DNA of 33,313 nucleotides, taken from Candidatus Kapaibacterium sp. (GTDB taxonomy: Bacteria > Bacteroidota > Ignavibacteria > Kapaibacteriales > UBA2268). The stretch covers positions 1 to 33,313 of the forward strand of contig JBAYPL010000001.1 in the NCBI GenBank assembly GCA_041677745.1. Reading direction: 5' to 3'. Under the pieces are notes generated by a model. The model did no database searches, was not told the origin of the DNA, and saw only the letters and a program-made list of their open reading frames with translations. Numbering within the stretch: position 1 is the stretch's first letter; the number at the start of each line of letters is the position of its first letter. Both the position numbers and the translations under genes were made by a program. Shown here one piece after another: positions 26,177 through 33,313 of this stretch.

Positions 26177-27574
26177 TTAGTTTTCTATTAATAGTTCATA
26201 ATCTATATTTTTTGTATTGTACATTTCTCTATATTCATCCTCAAAGAAGAACTTACTTTCTCCAAAAGCAGGTTTAAGGTCATCAATCCATGTCGCATCT
26301 TTATTATATTCAGCAAAAAATGGTCTTTGGACCCAATTGCTGTTTCTTCCTTGTATAAACCGTAGAACGAAAATCTTCTGACCTGCTGCTTCAGACACGC
26401 CTAGAACTTGAACTTTACCTGGACCGCAAGACATGGAAGGACCTCTGACGGTTCTGGCCAACCCGCTTACTTGGCTGTAAGCATCCCTGAAAATTTCCCA
26501 TGCCCTTTCAAGAGATACACTGAAATAATGTTTGGCGCCGGTGTCACGAGCAATAAACATATAGTAAGGAATACATCCTAATTTAACCAAGTATCTCCAA
26601 AGCTTAGCCCATACATCAGGAGAATCATTAATATGCTTGAATACAGGAGATTGGGCTCGTATCCTTGCGCCGGTATCATTAATTCTACGGATGGCTTCTT
26701 TGACAATATCTGTTGAAAGTTCGACAGGGTGATTGAAATGTGCCATGAAAGCTACATGCTTCCCTTGACTTATAGCCTTTCTAAATGCATTTAAAACTTT
26801 TGTACCGTTTTCTGTAACATACATATAAGGATAATAAGCTAATGATTTAGAACCGATTCTTATATTCTGCAAGTGTGGTATATCGGCATCGAGAAGAGCA
26901 TCAATATATTTAGCAAATCTTCCCGGATTCATTACCATAGGGTCGCCACCTGTGAAGAGAATATCGCTTATATAGGGATTACTCTTAATGTATTCGATTA
27001 CAGTATCAATATCACTTGTAGCAAACCTCAAACCGTCCATTCTTACAAATTGTGGCCAACGGAAACAAAATGTGCAATAAGCATGACATGTCTGCCCTTG
27101 AGCCGGGAAAAATAAGGTAGTTTGGTCATATTTATGTTGTACACCCTCGAGTTTTTGGTCGTCAATTTCCGGTACATTGAGTTCTGTTTGTCCAGCAGGA
27201 TGTGGGTTTAATTCATGTCTGATTAAGTTGATTTCATCTTCAAATTGCTCTTTACTAAGTTCCATATCGAGTAATTTCTCAACTCGATTGAAGTGTTCCT
27301 TAGTAAGCATGTCTCTGTTAGGAAATGTTAGATTGAATATCGGGTCTGTACGAGGATTGTTCCAATTTATCAATTCATCAATTACATAGCTGTTAGATTT
27401 GAATGGAAGTACTTTTGCAACAACTTCCATTTCTTTTAATTCTTGCTCGTTGAAATGCTCTTGTATTTGTGGTATTTTTCTGAAATTACGTGCTGTGTAT
27501 GACTTATACTTTGGTATTGTCGGATATTGGGGATAACTTACGGGATTAGTATAAATTTGTGTTTCATTTGGCAT
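26177..27574 (-). CDS. KamA-family radical SAM / PLP aminomutase (lysine 2,3-aminomutase-like, divergent)
   Basis: Radical SAM cluster motif CHAYCTFCFR (CxxxCxxC), SAM-binding FTGGDPMV, PYYMF, and a candidate PLP lysine in SCGPGK (aligned to the GGGGK of LAM). The ATG at 27574 has a GAGGTG Shine-Dalgarno; the track start at 27589 is a TTG. Confidence 0.85.
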   Translation of the reverse strand: MPNETQIYTNPVSYPQYPTIPKYKSYTARNFRKIPQIQEHFNEQELKEMEVVAKVLPFKSNSYVIDELINWNNPRTDPIFNLTFPNRDMLTKEHFNRVEKLLDMELSKEQFEDEINLIRHELNPHPAGQTELNVPEIDDQKLEGVQHKYDQTTLFFPAQGQTCHAYCTFCFRWPQFVRMDGLRFATSDIDTVIEYIKSNPYISDILFTGGDPMVMNPGRFAKYIDALLDADIPHLQNIRIGSKSLAYYPYMYVTENGTKVLNAFRKAISQGKHVAFMAHFNHPVELSTDIVKEAIRRINDTGARIRAQSPVFKHINDSPDVWAKLWRYLVKLGCIPYYMFIARDTGAKHYFSVSLERAWEIFRDAYSQVSGLARTVRGPSMSCGPGKVQVLGVSEAAGQKIFVLRFIQGRNSNWVQRPFFAEYNKDATWIDDLKPAFGESKFFFEDEYREMYNTKNIDYELLIEN

Positions 27575-27924
27575 AAGCACCTCTTTCAATTGTTTATTAA
27601 AAGTGTAAATTTATCATAAAGTATAAGTATTAAAAATATTTTACATTTATTAGAAAAAAAATATTAATTCATTGATTATTTTGAAGATATATTTAATTCA
27701 TCGAGATAAATCGGATATTATTCCGATTAAAAAAAGATGTTAGTTTGTCTGTGTTTCATCAAATTCATTTACGAATATTTTACACTTAAATTAATTATGA
27801 CATGTCAAAAAAAGGATAATAAAATATTGCATTATATTACAATTAAGTTTGATAATTACAGTCTATATTAAATTATGTGAAGAATACATATCAACTGCTT
27901 TACAAATATAAAATTTAACAAATT

Positions 27925-30060
27925 ATGGAAATCACAAGACAAGAACTGATTCAAGAAATAATCACCACCTTAAAAGACGGCTCTCAATCTTTGAAAATCA
28001 ATGATATAGCTAAACTTTTAAGGATTAAATCTGATAGTACTGATTATATTATACTGAGAGATGTGCTCGATGATCTCGAGCAGAAGCAAATAATCGAGAA
28101 ACTTCCAAGAAGGAGGTATTCGCTCAAACGAATACAAGAAGACGCTACCATAAAAGGTATATTCAGGATAAATCATTCAAAAGCGATTGTTGAAACCGAG
28201 AACGCGTCTGTACCGAAAGTTAGCATTAAGGAGAGATTTTACAACACTGCATTCGACGGTGATACTGTATTAGTACAACTTCATGCTGTAAAAAGAGGTA
28301 AGAAGCCCAAAGGTGAGGTGATAAGTGTACTTGAACGAAATAAAAATGAAATTGTAGGCACTTTAGACCACAACGGGTATTTTTTCTTTATAATTCCAGA
28401 TGATGTGAATTATTATGTTGATTTCCTCGTACCTGATAAAAAATTAAAAAACGCTAAGAAAGGTGACAAAGTAAGGGCTAAGCTTCTTAAATGGACTGAC
28501 CCGGGTATTAATCCAAGTGCAGAAATAATCGAGGTCATCGGCAAGGCAGGAATACCTATAGTAGAATATGACTCAATCATTAAAGAGTTTGAAATTGAGG
28601 CAGATTTTCCGGCTGAAGTGATTGAGGAAGCTAAGAAATTCAAAGCACCCGGGAAGAGAAAACCTTCAGGAAGAATAGATTTGAGAGAGGAGTTGATTAT
28701 TACCATAGACCCATTCGATGCCAAGGATTTTGATGATGCCTTGTCACTGAATATTTTGGATAACGGCAATTACAGGCTCGGAGTTCACATTGCTGATGTC
28801 AGTCATTACGTTACGGAAAATTCATTGATTGATATTGAGGCACGTACAAGAGGTAACAGCATATATCTTGTGGATAGAGTAGTGCCCATGCTTCCGGAAG
28901 AATTATCTAACGAAATATGTTCACTCAAACCTGACGAACCAAGATTTGCATTCAGCTGCTTTATGGAAATAAGTCCCAAAGGAGCAGTTAAAAATTATGA
29001 GGTACACGAGTCATTAATTTTAAGTAAAAGAAGATATAATTATGAAGAAGTTCTTGAGATAATTGAATCGGGCAGAGGCGACAATGCTGAATTTATTCTC
29101 GAATTGTATAAACTCAGCGATACTTTAAGGAAAAAAAGGTTTAGAGAAGGCAGCATTAACTTTGAAACCAGAGAATATAAATTTGTTCTTGATGAAAACA
29201 AATATCCTATTGATGTAAAAGTCAGGGAGACTACTAAGGCAACATCTTTGGTTGAAGAGTTTATGTTGATTGCCAACAAATGTGTTGCTAACTACTTTTC
29301 AAAGTTGTCATCCAAGTATCTTCGCACCGGCGGACTGCCAACTCTGTACAGAGTTCATGAAGAGCCAGACAACAAGAAACTATTGGAAGCAATTGAATTT
29401 TTCAAAAGTATGACTGACTTTAATTTGAAAAAATCACCTACTTCGAAAGATTTAAATAAACTCTTACAGAAGTTTGAAAACCTGCCTGAAAAACCAATAA
29501 TTCATCAAGTACTGATACGCTCGATGGCGAAAGCTGTTTATCAACCGACAAATATAGGACATTATGGATTGGGATTTCCCGAATACGTACATTTTACGTC
29601 GCCTATCAGACGATACCCTGATTTAATTGTCCATCGTTTACTGAAAGAATTCATGAAGTCTAAGCCGGACAATGAGAGAATTAATTATCTTAAAATATTC
29701 TGTCGTGACGCCGGAAGACATTGCAGCAATACCGAAAGAATGGCTATGGAAGCTGAAAGAGCCTCAGTAAAATTGACTCACACAGTACTTGCAAGCAAGC
29801 TTGTTGGAGAAGAGTTCTGGGGAACAATTTCAGGTGTTACTAGTTTCGGCTTGTTTGTTCAGCTTGATGGAAACTATGCCGAAGGATTGCTTCACATAAG
29901 AGACTTGAAAGACGACTACTATATTTTTGATGAATCTAAGTTCAGACTTGTAGGAAGGAAACACAAAAGGATTTTCGGATTTGGCACAAGACTTAAAGTG
30001 AAAATCATTAAAGTAAATCTCGATAAGAGAACAATAGACTTTGCTTATATTGACAGATAA
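27925..30060 (+). CDS. rnr: Ribonuclease R
   Basis: N-terminal HTH/CSD region. RNB catalytic motifs IDPFDAKDFDDALS, HIADVSHYV and HYGLGFPEYVHFTSPIRRYPDLIVHR. C-terminal S1 domain GTISGVTSFGLFVQL...GLLHIRDL. Confidence 0.95.
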   Translation: MEITRQELIQEIITTLKDGSQSLKINDIAKLLRIKSDSTDYIILRDVLDDLEQKQIIEKLPRRRYSLKRIQEDATIKGIFRINHSKAIVETENASVPKVSIKERFYNTAFDGDTVLVQLHAVKRGKKPKGEVISVLERNKNEIVGTLDHNGYFFFIIPDDVNYYVDFLVPDKKLKNAKKGDKVRAKLLKWTDPGINPSAEIIEVIGKAGIPIVEYDSIIKEFEIEADFPAEVIEEAKKFKAPGKRKPSGRIDLREELIITIDPFDAKDFDDALSLNILDNGNYRLGVHIADVSHYVTENSLIDIEARTRGNSIYLVDRVVPMLPEELSNEICSLKPDEPRFAFSCFMEISPKGAVKNYEVHESLILSKRRYNYEEVLEIIESGRGDNAEFILELYKLSDTLRKKRFREGSINFETREYKFVLDENKYPIDVKVRETTKATSLVEEFMLIANKCVANYFSKLSSKYLRTGGLPTLYRVHEEPDNKKLLEAIEFFKSMTDFNLKKSPTSKDLNKLLQKFENLPEKPIIHQVLIRSMAKAVYQPTNIGHYGLGFPEYVHFTSPIRRYPDLIVHRLLKEFMKSKPDNERINYLKIFCRDAGRHCSNTERMAMEAERASVKLTHTVLASKLVGEEFWGTISGVTSFGLFVQLDGNYAEGLLHIRDLKDDYYIFDESKFRLVGRKHKRIFGFGTRLKVKIIKVNLDKRTIDFAYIDR

Positions 30061-30072
30061 AAATTCAGAATT

Positions 30073-30846
30073 ATGATAGAAATTACCAAACTAAGTAAAA
30101 GCTTTGGACCAAAAACCGTTTTAGACGAAGTCAGCTTCAATATACCTGACGGAGATACTATTTGTATAATAGGAAAATCCGGTTCCGGCAAAAGTGTGAT
30201 GTTAAAACACATAGTAGGACTGCTCGAGCCTGATGCAGGTTCAGTTAAGGTTGATGGAAAACAAATTGACAAACTCAGCAAGAAAGATTTATTCGCTTTG
30301 AGAAGACAGATGGGATTTGTTTTTCAGGGTGCTGCTCTGTTTGACTCGTTGAATGTTTATGAAAATACAATCCTCGGCATGTATGAACATGGTAATCGTG
30401 ACACTAATTTACTCGAAGCTGAAGCAATACGTGTACTGTCTGCCGTGAAACTGCTTCCTGAGGTTCATGATGTGGGAGAAGAGCAATTCCGGAAAGAATG
30501 GAATATTCTAAAAAATAAAAAGCCTTCTGATTTGTCAGGTGGTATGAGGAAACGTGTTGGGGTTGCAAGAGCTTTGGTCGGCAGTCCGAAGTATATTTTT
30601 TATGATGAACCAACGACAGGGTTAGACCCTGTTACATCTGAGCAGATTGATGATTTAATTGCAGAATTGACAAAGAAGATGAATGTTACTTCTGTTGTGA
30701 TAACACATGATTTATTTTCAGTATTCAGAATTGCCAAAAATGTAGCAATGTTGCATAATGCAAAATTAAGATATCTCGGCAGTGTTGACGGGCTTCACGA
30801 GAGTAAAGACGATGTTGTGAAAGAATTTATATCGAGATTTGTTTAA
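30073..30846 (+). CDS. ABC transporter ATP-binding protein, MlaF-like
   Basis: Walker A GKSGSGKSV, Q-loop, signature LSGGMRKRVGVARAL, Walker B IFYDEPTTGLD and H-loop ITHD. The overall pattern resembles the MlaF/Ttg2A subfamily. No permease gene is adjacent. Confidence 0.85.
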   Translation: MIEITKLSKSFGPKTVLDEVSFNIPDGDTICIIGKSGSGKSVMLKHIVGLLEPDAGSVKVDGKQIDKLSKKDLFALRRQMGFVFQGAALFDSLNVYENTILGMYEHGNRDTNLLEAEAIRVLSAVKLLPEVHDVGEEQFRKEWNILKNKKPSDLSGGMRKRVGVARALVGSPKYIFYDEPTTGLDPVTSEQIDDLIAELTKKMNVTSVVITHDLFSVFRIAKNVAMLHNAKLRYLGSVDGLHESKDDVVKEFISRFV

Positions 30847-30855
30847 TGGTATGTC

Positions 30856-31620
30856 ATGCAGGAAAAAAGCACTGAAATATATCCGCGTGAATTTGATATC
30901 GGCGAGATTCTATCAATAGCCTGGGAGATATACAGGACAAATTATAATGCTTTTTTCCCTCTTGCTTTTGTAGTTTATATTCCTTTAAATACTTTTCTTG
31001 CTTTTTTCCCGATAACTACCTTGTCGGAATTCAATCCGTCGGAATATTTTACTTGGTTCAGGACTTTTGGCGCTATGAATATTGCAGTCTATCTCAGCTT
31101 CTTCGGGAATGTAGCGATAGCAATATCATTGAAACAAATATTATTTACCGGTGATTTTACATTTTTGCATGTTTTCAAGGAAATATACAGTAAATTCATT
31201 TCACGACCGGTGTTGAATATTTTTATTCCTGTCTTAGTATTTATTTGCTTCAATGCTTGGATGTACTTTTCTGTTACTTATCCTGTTATATTTATGATAT
31301 TGCTCATACCGATAACTGTGTATTTGGTATATTGGTCATTCTCAATATATGTCTTTTCATTCAAAGACACAAATTTATACAGGGCTATGTCAATAAGTTA
31401 TTCTATAGTCAGCGGCAGGTGGACTAAAGTTTTTTATTATATCATTTCGTTCATTTTATTATCGGTTCTAAGTTCATTGTTATTAGGTCTGCCATACTCA
31501 TATCTTCATGATACAATATTAATTAAAATATTATATACGAATCTCGTTAGTGTTGTGGTAAGTTATTTTGTGGTTGCATTTATAGTTTTTTACATAAATT
31601 TTGAAGATACTAAATTATGA
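30856..31620 (+). CDS. Hypothetical polytopic membrane protein (DUF975/YciC-like topology, not MlaE-like)
   Basis: 254 aa. N-terminal FDIGEILSIAWEIYRTNYNAFFPLAFVVYIP followed by 5 to 6 hydrophobic helices. It overlaps mnmA by 4 nt (ATGA). Confidence 0.55.
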   Translation: MQEKSTEIYPREFDIGEILSIAWEIYRTNYNAFFPLAFVVYIPLNTFLAFFPITTLSEFNPSEYFTWFRTFGAMNIAVYLSFFGNVAIAISLKQILFTGDFTFLHVFKEIYSKFISRPVLNIFIPVLVFICFNAWMYFSVTYPVIFMILLIPITVYLVYWSFSIYVFSFKDTNLYRAMSISYSIVSGRWTKVFYYIISFILLSVLSSLLLGLPYSYLHDTILIKILYTNLVSVVVSYFVVAFIVFYINFEDTKL

Positions 31621-32672
31621 AGACAGCGGTACTGCTATCCGGTGGTGTTGACAGCTCTGTTGCACTTTGTTTACTAAAAGAACAGGGCTATGATATCACG
31701 GCATATTATTTAAAGATTTGGCTTGAAGACGAGCTTGCGTTCCTTGGGAATTGTCCTTGGGAGGAAGACTTGGAATATGCACGTGGAGTTTGCAAGCAAC
31801 TCGGGGTAAACCTCGAAATTATTAATATGCAGCAGGAATACCTCGATACTGTGGTGGAATACACTATCAATGAATTGAAAGCAGGAAGAACACCGAGCCC
31901 GGACATTATGTGCAATCGTCATATTAAATTCGGGAAATTTATCAATAAGACAGCAGGGGCTTACAGCAAAACAGCTTCGGGGCATTATGCCCAAATAGAG
32001 GAGATGAACGGAAAATTCTTTTTGAAGGAGTCACCCGATCCGGTCAAAGACCAGACTTACTTCTTGACTTATCTTAGTCAACGGCAGTTATCAGAAATAT
32101 TATTCCCTATTGGACAGTATTCTAAATATGAAGTTAGAAAGTACGCCGAGCAGTTTAATCTACCGACTTCAAGAAGAAAAGACAGTCAGGGAATTTGTTT
32201 CTTGGGAAAAATTAAATACAATGACTTTATTAAATTTCATCTCGGTGAATCGAAAGGTGATATTGTTGAAATTGAAACCGAGAAAATATTAGGAAATCAT
32301 AAAGGATATTGGTTTCACACAATCGGTCAAAGAACCGGACTGGGCTTAAGCGGCGGACCTTGGTATGTTGCCAAGAAAGATATCGAGAACAATATAATTT
32401 ATGTTTCAAGAAACAATAGTACCGATAGAGTAAATCATGATATTTTCAAAGCTGTAAATATTAACTGGATACCCGAAAGACCCCTTGACAACAGACTTAT
32501 GGTAAAACTCAGACATGGGGCTGTGAAATATTCATGTACATTGGACTATTTAGACGAGAATTCTGCAATTGTTAAACTTGACACACCCGACCAGGGAATA
32601 AGTTCAGGTCAATTTGCCATATTTTATAAAGATGGATACTGCCTTGGCGGTGGTGTCATTGATATTCTATAA
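31617..32672 (+). CDS. mnmA: tRNA-specific 2-thiouridylase MnmA
   Basis: PP-loop VLLSGGVDSSV, CNRHIKFG, DQTYFL, catalytic KDSQGICFLG, and C-terminal GQFAIFYKDGYCLGGG. Confidence 0.95.
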   Translation: MKTAVLLSGGVDSSVALCLLKEQGYDITAYYLKIWLEDELAFLGNCPWEEDLEYARGVCKQLGVNLEIINMQQEYLDTVVEYTINELKAGRTPSPDIMCNRHIKFGKFINKTAGAYSKTASGHYAQIEEMNGKFFLKESPDPVKDQTYFLTYLSQRQLSEILFPIGQYSKYEVRKYAEQFNLPTSRRKDSQGICFLGKIKYNDFIKFHLGESKGDIVEIETEKILGNHKGYWFHTIGQRTGLGLSGGPWYVAKKDIENNIIYVSRNNSTDRVNHDIFKAVNINWIPERPLDNRLMVKLRHGAVKYSCTLDYLDENSAIVKLDTPDQGISSGQFAIFYKDGYCLGGGVIDIL

Positions 32673-32692
32673 ATTATTATAAATGTTAAATA

Positions 32693-32729
32693 CTGCCGAA
32701 GTCAGAAAAAAAATGAATGACTTCGGCAG
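32693..32729. terminator. Bidirectional terminator-like hairpin between convergent mnmA and the ABC-2 permease gene
   Basis: Perfect 12-bp stem: CTGCCGAAGTCA (32693..32704) pairs with TGACTTCGGCAG (32718..32729) around a 13-nt A-rich loop. T-rich tracts on both sides are weak. Confidence 0.6.
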
Positions 32730-32774
32730 AAATATTTTCAAGATAAACAAACGATGGCAATCAAAATCATTACA

Positions 32775-33313
32775 TCAATCCAAGTTGAACCATTTAATGA
32801 TATCTTTGAAAGTAGGTTTTTTCCCATACATTAAAATACCGACTCTGTATATTTTGGCAGCAAACCACAAACACAATACAAAAGTTCCGGCAAGTAGTAC
32901 AATTGACAGAAGAATCTGCCACAAGGGAACGTCACCGGCTGCAATCCTCGAAACCATCAGTATAGGTGAAAAGAACGGGATAAGTGAAAGTACTGTTGAA
33001 ATTGTTCCGTCTGGATTATTCATAACATTCGGTATGAAAATAATCGGAATAATGATGGGTAGTGCTACTGGCATTGTCAATTGTGAAGCATCTTGTTCCT
33101 GATCCACAGCAGAGCCCACAGCAGCAAAGAGTGATGAGTAAATAAAGTAGCCGGCTAAGAAGTAAAATAAGAAGGCAACGATTATCCAAGGTGATATTGA
33201 AAAGTTTTCAAAGAAGTGTAAAATCTCTGCATTGTTCGGCTGATTTGCAGTATCAGCCATCATTTTCATGTTTTGTGAATTTTCCATAAACATTTGGGCA
33301 ATCGTACCACCGG
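32775..33313 (-). CDS. ABC-2 family transporter permease, NatB-like (C-terminal part; 5' end outside the window)
   Basis: The frame stays open upstream of the tracked Met to the window edge (..GGTIAQMFMENSQ). It has multiple TM helices and the C-terminal tail KIYRVGILMYGKKPTFKDIIKWF typical of NatB-type ABC-2 permeases. Confidence 0.6.
   Translation of the reverse strand, partial: GGTIAQMFMENSQNMKMMADTANQPNNAEILHFFENFSISPWIIVAFLFYFLAGYFIYSSLFAAVGSAVDQEQDASQLTMPVALPIIIPIIFIPNVMNNPDGTISTVLSLIPFFSPILMVSRIAAGDVPLWQILLSIVLLAGTFVLCLWFAAKIYRVGILMYGKKPTFKDIIKWFNLD

Noticed and set aside
27709-27728. Hairpin AATCGGA-tattat-TCCGATT in the kamA-like / rnr divergent region.
   Set aside because: The adjacent homopolymer run is on the wrong side for a terminator on either strand, and no gene ends here. 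A 7-bp stem in a 335-bp AT-rich spacer is near chance expectation.
27575-27924. Possible lysine riboswitch (L-box) upstream of the KamA-family gene.
   Set aside because: The region is almost pure A/T, with none of the GC-containing conserved L-box helices, so it could not fold into a stable multi-helix aptamer.
1-33313. Scanned for CRISPR arrays, tRNA/rRNA genes, IS elements or transposases, integrases, and toxin-antitoxin or recognisable defense genes.
   Set aside because: I saw no regularly spaced repeats, no GC-rich structured RNA-like islands in the intergenic regions, and no protein with transposase, integrase or defense-family motifs. All large ORFs are accounted for by housekeeping, respiratory or envelope genes. 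This was done by eye, so small ncRNAs could be missed.

Overview
AT-rich bacterial chromosomal window, tightly packed with about 32 protein genes. I found no rRNA, tRNA, CRISPR array, IS or transposase, or prophage signal. Gene content (clade II nosZ, a FlgD-Ig/T9SS-like C-terminal domain, Rex, K+-dependent membrane pyrophosphatase) suggests an FCB-group organism of Ignavibacteria/Bacteroidota type; this is inference only. The main block is a compact seven-gene clade II nitrous-oxide reductase operon on the minus strand (19808..26000): lipoprotein cytochrome c, nosZ, a nosB-like 4-TM gene, nosL, nosD, nosF and nosY. It has tight or overlapping junctions, its own upstream terminator, and a perfect inverted repeat in the leader. 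Convergent to it is an isolated paaABCD phenylacetyl-CoA epoxidase cluster with no paaE or downstream paa genes. Other content: a rex plus DHOD-like flavoprotein operon, an S1-domain protein, hppA, a GNAT, a PolB-exo-like exonuclease, a ClC channel with CBS and RCK_C domains, HPF, a CoA-binding protein, pirin, a double-OmpA-domain protein, a divergent KamA-family radical SAM aminomutase, an rnr / mlaF-like / membrane protein / mnmA operon, and several unrecognised membrane or outer-membrane proteins. I do not see a clear novel multi-gene system such as a defense island. The most checkable leads are the minimal, apparently lipid-anchored nos module and its leader operator, a palindrome family shared upstream of rex and hppA, the Rex-linked DHOD-like protein lacking the catalytic Cys, the orphan paaABCD cluster, and a divergent pair of unknown envelope proteins sharing a repeat-bearing intergenic region.
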